A stretch of 64,000 nucleotides of DNA from the NCBI RefSeq assembly GCF_964355755.1, contig NC_092672.1, forward strand, positions 744,001 to 808,000. Direction: 5' to 3'. Both the position numbers and the translations under genes were made by a program. Below, piece after piece: positions 11,906-24,100 of this stretch (position 1 is its first letter; every line of letters begins with the position of its first letter). The notes beneath the pieces are model-generated. The model was not told the origin of the DNA and searched no databases. It worked only from the letters and a program-made list of their open reading frames with translations. Origin of the DNA: Antedon mediterranea (Eukaryota; Animalia; Echinodermata).

Positions 11906-12240
11906 TCCCCTGACCAAATTTTGTGCAACCCTTCCATTTCATATTTTTGACACCCTAATGAATAACTGTGCAAAGTTTCAGAATGTTATCACAATTTGAA
12001 GGATTGGGTCACTTAACAGGCCTACTATTATGATACCTTTATATTATTGTGATTTTCAAACCAATCATGCGTGTCTTGAAAAAGATCTTTAAAAAACACT
12101 TAATGCTTTATAAAACAAAAGCAAGATTTGATACCACACAGTACTGCATATTTGTTTCATAGAAATAATTTAAATATAGTAAATTATGTATAATTTTGCT
12201 TACTATGGAATATTTCCACTACTATGATGAACAAGGAGAT

Positions 12241-12718
12241 GAACAAGGAGATATACATGGATGCAGTCGTGTGCACAAATTTGAGTTAGTGTTTATTGGC
12301 CGACCGACCGACTTACCCGACCGACATTGCTGAAATTGTCGAACAATTTTTAAAAACATTTATATTTGCCTCCAAGTATTAATATCCACTGTCAAAATAA
12401 CGAAATAATATGAATATGAATTAGTGTTTACCGACCGACCGAAATTGCTGAAAAATTTTTAAAAACATTTATATTTGCCTCCAAGTATTAATATCCACTG
12501 TCAAAATAACGAAAAAATGTGAATATGAGTTAGTGTTTACCAACCGACCAACAGAAATTGCTGAAAATGTTAAAAAATGTTGAAAAATGGTTAAAAACAT
12601 TTATATTTGCCTCCAAGTATTAATATCCAGTGTCAAAATAACGAAAAATATGAATATGAGTTAGTGTTTACCAACCGACATAGTGAGCTATAGAGTCGCG
12701 TTTGCACGCGACTATAAA
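12241..12718 (-). mobile_element. Helentron-associated (HINE/DINE-1-like) non-autonomous element with ~120-bp internal tandem repeats
   Basis: Hairpin AGTCGCG-TTTGCA-CGCGACT next to an A-rich end, (GACC)n microsatellite, 3+ core repeats, and a subterminal AGTCGTGTG at the other end. Related copies at 15913 and 38885. Confidence 0.65.
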
Positions 12719-12866
12719 CGGATAGAAAGGAATAAATAAATTCCCAAATAATGGTTATAAACTATAAATGAATTGAAAAAAAAACTAAATTCTCTTTTGT
12801 TGTTTTTCCTCTCTAACCATTGAAAATATAATCATTGTCAAAGTGTTCTTTTATATACATTTTTAC

Positions 12867-13355
12867 CTTTGGTAAGAGATTCTACACACTTTATTCCAAG
12901 CTCTCTTAGATTGGTAATGAATTCTTTTTGTTCACATATTTTTTGTCTGTGCTCCAAATCCATAATCAAACTCCAAGAATCTTTATATTTTTTTCGAAGA
13001 GTATTGTACAGTCCATCAATTCTGTCGATATCCGCCTGTGTAAGTCCATTTCCGAAAGCTACAATCCATTGTCGATATTGGGTGAACTTTGTAATTTCTT
13101 GAACTTCGAGAAAAGATTGTCGGAGAATTTTGACGACACCAGATTGCTTTGTTATTTTTATTGTTTCGTAAAGTAACGAAGGATTTTCTGAACTTAAATA
13201 TCCAGAATTCATTAACTTATCAAGTAAATCTCTTGTGTCAGTGGCGTTGTCTATATCTGTGTCTGCAATTACATCTTTTAAAACAACTTTCAGCTGCCCG
13301 AGGAGATTACGTTCATCATACCATTCAGAAACCTTCACTAAATCGCGATTAAAAT
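12867..13355 (-). CDS. Exon encoding tandem death-effector-like domains
   Basis: FNRDLVKVSEWY...LLDKLMNSGYLSSENPSLLYETIKI and YRQWIVAFGNGLTQADI...WSLIMDLEHRQKIC; flanked by tttag and gtaaaa, phase 1-1. Confidence 0.75.
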
Positions 13356-13633
13356 CTAAAGTAGAAAACAAGTAAAAAATAAACAAGTAAAACTAATTAA
13401 GAATGTAATAGGTCTACTTAACAGAAAACACTTTATTTATTACAGTAATTACCTGTTGCCATTTTGTATATCAAATTTTTGGGTTTTCTTTCTGAAAAAA
13501 AGAATTCTATTAAAATATGAGGATTTTCTTTTTATCTAGTGAAACATCTTATATTCTTACAAATAAGCAAAAGCAGTGATAGTAGTGCATGGGCTATCAG
13601 CTACAAGTCTCCATCTTAAACGGAATTAGTAAT

Positions 13634-13664
<31 letters not shown>

Positions 13665-13774
13665 TTCTAATTTTACAAAACTTCTAACTAAACTAAATTT
13701 CTCAATTCCAAAAACAGAGACTCATTATTTATCAGTTTTAGTGGGGTTAGTTGAGATGGTTTTATAATACTCAC

Positions 13775-14620
13775 ATGTCTTTAAATCACGCATTTGATAA
13801 CTGTAATTGTAGGAAATTTGCTCAAGATGACTGTACGGAGACTAAAATGAGCACATGTATCCGGGTTTGAGATGAAGTTGTTTTATTCCAACAGTCTCAT
13901 TCAATTCTAAAATATAACATACATAACTGATCAAATAAACAGAACATTAATCATGTCATGGCTACATTTCGTTAATGTTAAACTTGTCTATTCTTATTGA
14001 AACTTACTACTTTGCCAGATACAGACACTCAGAATAGCCAATACAAGCTGGTTTGCAACAGTAATCACAATGACTCTCATAGCCTAAACGAACAACATAC
14101 AGTACTATTTATTATGACTCCATAAGTTACTCTAAAAGGTAAAATCACTCAAGCGTGACCAGTAAATTCAACAGTAATTCTTTACAACAGATTAACACAT
14201 ATAAAGTTAAGCAACAATTCTTGCAATCTTAATGATAATACATTTTGATGATTTTATGGAAAATACTGTAGTCTGTACCATGATAACACAATCTTAACTC
14301 AGTTTTAACTATGTATAATAACTCATCTGGTTTGTCCTCCTATTCAAACTCTCGTAAACTACAACTACAAGATGGCGGCGTCCATCATTACCACGTTGTT
14401 GAGACTAACCAAGCAATTATATTTAACACAATTACTAATAATTACGATAAACATCATTGAATAATTTCAGATTCATACATTGAGTGAATTAAACAAACTT
14501 ACGTCTTTAAACAATGACCAAACATTTATTTCTACTTGCTTTTAACTAATGTTTAGTAATTAACTGCAACACACTCACAGTAGCGTTTTTAACGCTCATC
14601 TGCCTCAAATCCGTTGGCGG
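13775..14620 (-). promoter_or_regulatory. Candidate 5'UTR exons and promoter of the NLR-like gene
   Basis: Minus-strand donors GTGAGT (13769-13774) and GTAAGT (14497-14502); YY1-like AAGATGGCGGC at ~14370. Confidence 0.35.
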
Positions 14621-14749
14621 CGCCAATTAAGATTAAACTAAATCACAGTAATCGTAGTGTCAATAATTTTAAAAATGCTAGAAACTGACTGTGTAGTGGT
14701 CTTTACTTTGGACTACTTAATTTATATTTAGTCAAAATACAACTTATTT

Positions 14750-14830
14750 ATTTTTTTATTTATTTTATTAAACCTGATTTAGTGAGGGTGACCCTAAACA
14801 GCAATATGCTGACAATCAAGGGGCCCTCAT
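14750..14830 (-). mobile_element. Short retroelement 3'-end fragment (second copy at ~34250-34320, + strand)
   Basis: GAGGGCCCCTTGATTGTCAG..GCTGTTTAGG.TCACCCTC followed by an AATAAA-rich tail occurs at both places in opposite orientation. Confidence 0.55.
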
Positions 14831-15853
14831 ATAAACATTAAAAAAACATTAAAAAATATATATATATATATTTATGGAAAAAGAAAAACGGATGAACTAT
14901 GTTAAAAAAAATATTTATATATGTACTTAAATACAAAAATATAGCCTACAATACTATACAAAACGTTGAGTTATTCCGTTCCATTTTAAAAGATCAATCA
15001 GAAATTGTAGTCTGTACACATATTATTATAGATAAATTGAATGCCTAAATCACATTTTGATAATATACATACTGATCTGTGGTATACTTAGAAATTTATA
15101 TAGAAATTTGTATGACAAATATAGTTTTAAATGATTTTGCGACAGATTCATTTTAGAATAGAACACATGCTGAACCACTAGTACAATCAAGTAGGTCCGG
15201 CCACTACGTCATGTATTTTTGCATACCACTGCACTGTTGAAATAAAACTCACTTATTTTAATTCCTCAACGTAGAAATTGCAAAAATGTTTTGTTTTTGC
15301 CTTGAAAATTACTCTCATTAAAAACGATAGTTCCTCCATTGAAGAGTGAATGCTAACCACCAGACCTACTGTGTGCTGTGATCACAGTTTTGTACAACAA
15401 TGTACATTTACTCTTACCTGGACACCAAATTGGTAAATATTTAAAAATCCGGGATAGATGAAGCACTGGGTTGTACAACTAGCCACGCCCTATCATGGGG
15501 ATGCCCATAGTCCTATGTGAATTATTATCTAGTATGTAGTATCAATGATTCCGTAAAGGTACAAAATAAGGCGTTGCCACCGATATCCGCCGATAAGAGG
15601 TACGTGGAGATATTGCAAAGCCATAAAGTAGTACCGGTGATGTCTTTGTAAGTTAACAAAGAACGTATTCGAGCATTATTTATTGTTAGGTAGACATACT
15701 ACTTCCTGTTCCGGAATTAAATTGGTGCCGTTTGTTACTAAACTCTCCATTAGTGTGGTTAGAAGACCATACCACACCACACCCACCCAACAGACGCTCC
15801 GCCGCAGCCCAATATTTTAAATCATACTTCCATACTGCGAATTCTCGTGTGAG

Positions 15854-16264
15854 CCAGGGGCGCAGCCAGTGGGAAGGAGGGGGGGGGGGGGGGGGGGGAG
15901 GCCAACAGCCATAAGTCGCGTGCTAAAACGCATAGTGATACCGGACCGACAGACAGACCGACCGACCGAAATAGTGAACTATAGAGTCGCGTCCACGCGA
16001 CTAAAAATGTTCTGTAATGAAAATGAGAGTTGTTTTTTGTTTTCTTTGTTGCAGTTTATTAGTGTTAACATTGTCATATTTATGTGTGAGTAAACCGATT
16101 CAAATTATCTAGATTGCCCTAGACCGCCAAAGCTTCCAGAACCCGAACCAGGGCCCTTAGCGGCCCCCTGGCCCCCAGCCCATGGTTGCTCGCTTCGCTC
16201 GAAAAATACTCACATATTTGTTGACCCCCCCCCCCCTTTATTTCTTTGCTGGCTGCGCCCCTGG
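15854..16264. mobile_element. MITE with 16-bp TIRs CCAGGGGCGCAGCCAG, carrying a nested HINE-like piece (15913-16007)
   Basis: Perfect TIRs at 15854-15869 and 16249-16264 with subterminal poly-G and poly-C; no clean TSD. Confidence 0.7.
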
Positions 16265-16914
16265 TGACATTATGATTTCCTGTATTTTATTAATGGTGCT
16301 ATTTTTTCACTATTTAATTCAACCATGGCGGACTCATTTAAATATTATATAAACAATTTTTCCATGATTCAGCCGAACTGATCATAGGACCATAGAAAAT
16401 CAGACAATTGAAATAAAATAGGGCCTACAGTATGCTATATTGGTAACAATAAACAGATACATTAAATATTTTTTCTTTAAGAAATAGAAAACAATTAAAA
16501 TACTGTACTAATTAAAATGTTTAAAATAAGACGTCATAGAGAAACGTTTTTTCAAGAATTGAATGGTAGGATAACAGTAACATTGTTTGCTCTATAAAAT
16601 GAAAGCGCGCACGGACGTGTTTTTGAGAAAAGTAACGTCGCGTGCCTCTAAGTTTACGTCGGTCGAACCTTCGAATAATCAGAATCAGAAGGAAGGTCAT
16701 TTGACGTACTAACTGGTCATGTATGCATCGATATGAAAGAAGCTCTGAAAATTACAAACGACATGTTCAGAAACACTATGATCAGAAAAATGCAACATAC
16801 AACAGAGTTGTCAATCAATCTAGTCAAATTCATGGCTTTTAGTTTTTATCATTTCATTTTACACATTACATAGTTTCATTATAAATAATATATCATTTGG
16901 AAAAAAAAATAATA

Positions 16915-17330
16915 TTCTAACATTTATTGCGCCAATTCCAAAAGATGATCAAAGGTGCATTGTGTCCTAAAATTTTCTAAATAAGTAAGTTTTTAAATTA
17001 ATCTTAAATGAGTCAAAAGTGGGTGAACGTTTTACAAAAGGTGGGAGTTCGTTCCAAAGAGAGGATGCAACAAAAAAAAATGAGTATAGGCCTACACCGT
17101 AAGTCTGATAGCAGAGGAGTTAAGGCATTGTTGGTGATGGACGGGAACAAAATAAAAGCTTTAAATGTTAAAACAACAATTTTGAAGGTAATACATTCTT
17201 TAATGGGGAGCCACTGAAGGTTGATGGTGCGACAACGGCGTGGAGTAAGTGTACATACACGGTTAGCAGAATTTTGGAGTCGGAAGTGAAGAAGAGGGCA
17301 GTAAATAATGAATAAATACTGATTCTTTTT
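16915..17330 (-). mobile_element. L2-group LINE 3' remnant
   Basis: RLQNSANRV...LQWLPIKECITFKIVVLTFKA resembles the ORF2 C-terminus (QNxAAR..LHWLPV..RIxFK); L2-like 3' end GCACCTTTGATCATC...GCGCAATAAAT. Confidence 0.7.
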
Positions 17331-17574
17331 TTTTCTAACATTATACAGAATGACAGTTATGAATAAGGACAAAACCTTTTATGGAGATGTGAGTGCATTG
17401 CTATGTTCTTTCAAATTATCTTCAATTTACAAAAGTTAATACATTTATTTACTTTATATATTTTTTTAAATAAAATAAAAATTGTTCATTATTTATCTTC
17501 AACATGATACTATATCTTTGACAGGAAAGAATAGGATTTAATTGGGTGTTATAAATGTTAACTGTGTCTCTAAC

Positions 17575-18170
17575 TTGCAACCTTCTAGTTGCCAGTCAAC
17601 GGTAGCTCATCATAATTTGTAGAGTAGCCATCTTTTCTGGCCAACTATCTTAAATTTGGCTTTATCTTGCAACCTTCTATTTTCCATTACAATGTTATAC
17701 TTGGTAAAAGAGCAGTCGTCTTAATTCTGGCTGTATTTTGCCAACTTCTATTTCTAGTCTTAATGTATCATCATTATTGGTAGAGCAGCCGTCTTAACTC
17801 TGGCTGTATCTTGCAACATTCTAGTTCCAAAATGTATTATCATAATTGGTAGAGCAGCCGTCTTAACTCTGGCTGTATCTTGCAACATTCTAGTTCCAAA
17901 ATGTATTATCATAATTGGTAGAGCAGCCGTCTTAACTCTGGCTGTATCTTGCAACCTTCTAGTTCCAAAATGTATCATCATAATTGGTAGAGCAGCCGTC
18001 TTAACTCTGGCTGTATCTTGCAACCTTCTAGTCCCAAAATGTATCATCATAATTGGTAGAGCAGCCGTATTAACTCTGGCTGTATCTTGCAACCTTCTAG
18101 TTCCAAAATGTATCATCATAATTGGTAGAGCAGCCGTCTTAACTCTGGCTGTATCTTGCAACCTTCTAGT
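17575..18170 (-). repeat. 69-bp tandem array made from the last codons, stop codon and proximal 3'UTR of the adjacent gene
   Basis: Six near-identical units (18170 to ~17757) plus about three degenerate ones. Confidence 0.9.
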
Positions 18171-21100
18171 TTCCAGTCCAATGCAGAGAAATCTGCGTCT
18201 TCTATTCTCTCCTTTTTATGGTTGAGTAATTCTGCTGCTTCTTCAGTTCTATAAGATAAACAATTGAAAGTTTAATTATTGGTTACTGACAGCTTACCTA
18301 AGATACAAAGAAAACAATAGGTGATCTGATGGATTTCCTAATAAAACAAAGTGATTTATTCATTCCAGTATAATTTCTGGGCACAATAGGTTGTACATAA
18401 TAACTATAACAATATTAAATTTGATGGTTATGATGATTGTTTGACTAGAATGGATGCTAACAAGCTAACAAGATGGTTATGATGATTGTTTGACTAGACT
18501 GGATGCTAACAAGCTAACAAGAAATTCCATTTCAATACAAAGGTTTGTGGAGATATTAAAAAAGTCTATGTACGTGAGTTGCTGGAACAGTAACCTCTCT
18601 GTCAAAGCTGATATTGCACAAAACATCTTTGATCGTAACTTCACACTTTGTTCTATCTTCAGTAAATCAAGCAGAGTCTCAACTTGTTCTGGTTCAATGG
18701 AGTCTACAAATATTTCATTCAAACCTTTCTCCATTTCCTGCAACCACAATTTTACAAAAAATGAAAACACTGATAATTTACATGAAATACATAAGTCATT
18801 TGAGAAATGGTCAAATCAGTCTACATTTGCTGCCAACAATGAAATAAACCACAATAAATGATTTCATTTCCCATTTAGACAGCTTAGACTGTGAAAAAAA
18901 GTTTGAACTATCCTTACTTTTATCATTTTTATAACTGAATTTACTGAATTCGTTTGGTGATTTCTCAAATATGATTTACCTTTAAACTGATTACTCCATC
19001 ATTATCCTTATCCACCTTTCTGAATGCTTTCTTATACATTGCCTGGCGACGTTTATTTATCCGGCAGTAACCAAGAAGATAATCCATTGGAGTCATGGAC
19101 TCCAGGACTCGTACATCCATTGGGATTTCAAACCGACTGGATTGACGAGAGAGAGCTAAGCGTCCACGTAACCAAGTTTGCATTTTGGGTTTCTGAAAAT
19201 AGTAAGAAACATTCCTTGTTTTATTCAGTTTGCCACCTTTTGGCTTTCATGCTTCACCTGCAACAAATCCCAGTAAATCTGTTTTTTATACAAGTAAATC
19301 ATTGAAATTTAAATATTTTAACACACTAATTTAACTAAATTATTACTATAGATGAGTTTAATAATAAAAATAAATAAATAAAAACATCAGTGGTTTGTGC
19401 CAATGTTAATTAGGGACTTACATACAGTAAGTGAGACTTATGTAAATTGGCTTCTGTTGTTAATGGATAATCACTTCTTTTTACCCAAAATATAAGACAC
19501 CAGTATAAAATGCAAAAGCTAGGATATTAAACATGCTTCCCTCAAGTGACTCATGATGATTCTTACCTTGACATCGATGTCAGAGATGTCAGTGATATCT
19601 GGAGAATCTGGTGATGGTTCTGCTCCTCTTCGTCGCAACCTCATCTCAATATCCAGAAGATCCTGCATAAATAATTAAGAATATTATAAGGTTTTGTAAA
19701 GTTTGGTTGACACAACGATTAGCTTATCCTTGAGTAAATTTCATGCACACCAAAAAGGCAAACTCACAGTTATGGTCATAAGGTAATGTATAAAAACATA
19801 GTGTAGAAGCGTATGTGTGAGGTTTTATGTTTTTATTAGTAATGCTCAGCCCTAAACATAGAACAATGCTTTTAATGTACCAGTATTAAATATATATGCA
19901 GTTTTGTCTTTCCACCAACTGATTAATTTAAAAAGCTAGTGTGGTATGATTATTTTTTACTACTGAAGTGAAATATAATGAAGAAAGCGACTAAGTAGTA
20001 AAAGCTGTAGTATTGTCTATAAGCAAATTGATAAGAGAGCAGTGAGTGAATGTTGCAATATTTTTGATCAGTTGATGACAAAGCATGGATGGATGCTGTA
20101 AAACTGTCTATTGGCAAAGTCAATACAAATTGGTGAGGGTAATGGCTGTGGGAAAAATGGAATTGCAAGCCTCTAAGCAAAGGTAAGGTTATAATGAAAC
20201 TCTTTTTGCAAAACTAAAAATATGTTGATCATGTAGCAAGCTGTAAAAAATTAAGTAAAGCAAGCAAACATAAAGAATTCAAGTACAGTATACATACTTT
20301 TAATGACTGTGGAAGAAAACAAAGAAAGAAGAGAAGAAAAAGAAAAAAAGAAACATTGTCAAATATTTATTTTTTTAAATTTCTAACAGATCTCACTTTA
20401 CAAGATAAAGAAATACTACGAATATAAAAAAATCGTAGATATTTACAAAGAACATTTAATTTGATAATATAGACACTAGCACTTAGATCTAAACACATCT
20501 ACTAATGTAGTTTTTTACCAGAAATAATTCACACTATAGCAAAGATTATGATCTTCATAACATTCTAAAAACATAGATGACTTTTAGAAAACTTGGATTG
20601 TCTGTCAGGATTTGAAAGGTTGACAGTTTGATGTCTTACCTGTGCATCCATTCCAAATATATCTACTTTATATTTTGGAGCTGGACCTAGTGGCCTTCGT
20701 TTTTTAGTATCATCTTCTTCAGAGTTGGTTTGATTCGCACTATAAAAAAAATATTTTAGTAGAATTTAAAACTACCTTTAGGAAAAACAAAGAAACATTC
20801 TTTTTTAGAAAATGGTAATAGTGTACATGCATCTTGATATCAAGGGAACTTAATTCTCTACATTTTAGCTTGCAAAACAATTTTGAAAGATGTTAAATAA
20901 ATAAACTATATCTGTAGACTGAAATTAGGTATAAAGGATTTCACTTATTGATGTTTTTTTCTTACCTTGATGTGTTTGTATTTGAGACAACATCATCTGG
21001 ATTTTGATTGTCATATGAATTTGCGGTTTCAATCTGAAAAAATAAAAAAAAACAAACAATTTGGAAATTTGTTTGTGACTTTCAGTACTGTAAATATGTT

Positions 21101-24100
21101 ATATTTTGGATTCTTTTATTTACCTGAGTTGCATCATCTTCTGTTTTGTCTTCCATATCTTTATTGGCTTCTTCCTCTCCATTTTCTTCTGTTGCCACCT
21201 CTGATTCAGCAACATCAGTAGTTTCTTCTTTTGTTTCAAGATCTTCAAAATGGTGCTATAAAATTTCAAGAATAAATTTGAATTATCAGGTATTTTGAGC
21301 ATTGCAATAGACATTTGAGATATGTGTAAGATTATTGCGATAATCTTGTATACGATGGACGAGTAATATTTGCTGCCACCTACGGTTGTGTGGTACAGTT
21401 CAGCTATAGTCGAGTTACTGTAGACATGTGTATTTGAGCTGTCCGGAAATTCCGTCTATATTTCCGTGATCTGTTCCGTACGATTGCTTGTGTAAATTAC
21501 AATGATAAATGTAAGTTTATTATATTTATGTGATACTATTTGTTTAGTCATAGTTACGATATTTTGCCTTTAATTATAAGATTTATCTTGAACATGTGCT
21601 GAATCGTGGTAGCCGCCATTTTGAGTGATACGGTAGACTATATAAGACAAGGTTGTTATGATGATAGACCGAAACATTTTGTAATATTCCTAAATATATT
21701 TAGGCTAAATTTAGTATCCGATATATTGGTTCACATGATAATATTGATGCTTTAGATGCTATGTATGTAACTTAGAATTTCTAGGTATAGACCGGTTGCA
21801 TAAGAATGTTCACTCTGAATTTGATCCGTCACGCATGAGTGATTCGTATCTGACCTCGCGTTAACTTTGCTGTAGGTTAACATTATTTATAGATCAGAGT
21901 TGCTTTTTGTTCTGAATGGAGGTTTTGTTTATACGTATGAGTTAAGCATGGTATTGATACATAATGAATATAATTATATTGTTTTAGGCTATGAAGTTAT
22001 TCATGTGCTTTTGCTAACCTGAGAACGTAACTGTAGAAACTGTACGCTGTATAATCTATTTATATCCGGCAAAGTTGTGAGTCATGTTAAAATCTATGTA
22101 AAATGTGGTATTATGATGAAAGTTACCAAGAACATTAATGACAAGTTTATGAGAAACATTATTGTATCTGTATTTTAATACTCAGTATTGTTTATATTTG
22201 ATTATGCTCTTAACAGTTTATTTTATGATTGAATGTTGGTATGGAGATTTATATATGATTATTGAGGTTATAATGCTATGGTATAAGGTTAAAGGTTGTT
22301 TATGATTCTTTTCTGTATTTATTTGTAGAATAAACAGATTCATCTAACTTATTCCCGTGGTATATCTACTCATTTGCTAACCTGTGTGTAGTCGTCCGAC
22401 CTTTTCTGTACAATATGTATGAAAGAGGAGCTTTCTCCAAAAAAAATAAAAATAAACAGCAGGAGACTTACTTCTTGAACAAATGGTTGTTGAAATGTGA
22501 CTTCTTTCTTTGTTACAGGTGGTATAGAGTCTTCCTCTAAGACGGGTTCTATACTTGATGGCTCATCTAACCTTTCTTGAGAAATGGATGCTGTTGGTAA
22601 TATCACTTCTGGTGCTGGTAGTGATGTCACTTCGGGTATTGGTAGTTCATCTTGCAGTTCTTCTTCAGGTTGTGGTTCTTGTTGTTCCTTTGGTGGTGAT
22701 GGTGGCAGTGTTGTTGTCTGTGGTTGTGGTGTGGGCTCTCTTTCCAATTGGCTTTCCTCTATTGGTGGAGGCGGTGGAGATAGTGGTGGTGACGCAAGGG
22801 GTGTTGGTGTCTATTAAGCCAAAAAATATCCAATAAATTAAGTATATAGAGTATTATTTTGTATACCCACTTATCAATTTCACACTTGAACAAATTGCAG
22901 ATTACTACAGTATGATAAATTTGAATCTCAAATTACCGGGGCATACGGCTCAGTTTTCTGATCAGCTTCGCTCTCTATCAGGTCTGGTGTGAGATCATGA
23001 ATGATGACATCATCTTCTACTAGCTTCAGTAACTCTTCTTCTGAAAAGATAAGGAACAATAATATAAAGATAAACAATTTTGTATGCAATACTAAAAAAA
23101 TGATGGTGCGTGATGTTTATGTCCTCTCTACTTATCATGTTAAGCAAGCTTTAACATGGAGAAATTGGTTTGTAATTTTTCAGTCACAGTAAGTTTTTGC
23201 AATATATTACATTTTACTGTTACAGCAAGTGAACCAAGAACATTAGGATTAATTAAATAACTCAGCATATATTTTATTATATGAATAGAATGTTAAATGA
23301 ATAGCAAATTTCTTTTATTTGTATGGATGGATTACTAATACAGTTCTCAAATACAAAACATAAAATGAGTAGTTAGACATATCTTGAATAGTAAAATAGT
23401 ACCGTAAAACATCCAGTACTTTAAAACTTTTCTGAAATACAAAGACATTGCCACATACTGTCATTTGTACATCAGATCAGCTAATAATAAATAAAATGTA
23501 TTAATTAGTAGAACAAATTACAGACTGTACTTAACACTGTAAAATATAAACATGCAAACTTCTAAAACTATACTAATTACAACATTTTGAATGAAAATTG
23601 TTTAAGTGACAGGAGCAAATATATAAAATGCACATGAAGAAAAGCTCAAGTAGTGTTTTATTATATTACACATTTATATGGAGACACTTAGCAACTGTTT
23701 CTCGTTGTTGTGCAATTCAAAGAATGGAATTTACCTAAAAAGTTATAAAATACTAATAAGACAAGTGCTGAAGTTGATATTATTACGTGACCATGAGCTA
23801 AATATTTGAAATAAAAATGCAGTTGTATTTTCGAGTCACGTTACAGAAGAAATCTACAAAACAGTAACTATATCTTCTCTACTACAACACAAAAGTCCAC
23901 GAAAGCAATTATAAGCGATCTCAAACCTTCAGTGTCAGAGGCTAACTTGACTGCCATTGCATTCTCCAGTTGGTGAATCTCGGAGGAAATATCCAAAGAA
24001 TGCCGAGTTGACATTTCTTCAACTATAGCACACAAATTGCTGCTATCAGGGATAAAGTCATCCGGAGCAGAGTGACCCAGCAGAGTGTCTTTGGGTTCAA

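Larger units (their letters stand above)
8289..12027. mobile_element. AcademX-like DNA transposon derivative, near-palindromic (foldback), non-autonomous
   Basis: TAGTAGGC...GCCTACTA termini with a 3-bp TSD TTA (8286-8288 and 12028-12030) and long inverted arms. Coding remnants are XPG/PIN-like (RLDLFFDRY, CNIEEADERMFVHV, KTVDSDVIVIA, FHSFSGC, IPPTSAALREH) plus a C-terminal Cys8 finger (CGHTDCDLGRCKCRKSDLRCTELCGCQGKC). Confidence 0.75.
4407..13462 (-). pseudogene. NLR-like gene (tandem DED - linker - [NACHT missing] - helical region - RI-like LRR), apparently disabled
   Basis: Phase-consistent exons: 13462-13453 (MAT), 13355-12867 (two DED-like domains), 8206-8141, 7444-7376, then a large exon from 7027. 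There is a frameshift at ~6820 where NACHT should begin, and a non-coding insert at ~5702-5978 inside the LRRs. Stop at 4407-4409. Confidence 0.75.

Noticed and set aside
12204-12221. 18-nt microexon in the NLR-like gene
   Set aside because: Frame-compatible, but its pyrimidine tract overlaps the HINE end duplication; too weak to call.
18113-18118. TGA-TGA as selenocysteine or readthrough into in-frame repeats
   Set aside because: Double stop, some units have TGA-TAA, and I recognise no SECIS element.
17760-18161. 133-aa repeat ORF (QDTARVKTAALP...)
   Set aside because: Alternative frame of the 69-bp array; the spliced gene uses another frame.
19193-19257. Upstream acceptor TTGCAG at 19258-19259 for the EF-hand exon
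   Set aside because: All three frames hit stops; the acceptor at 19193-19194 keeps the frame.
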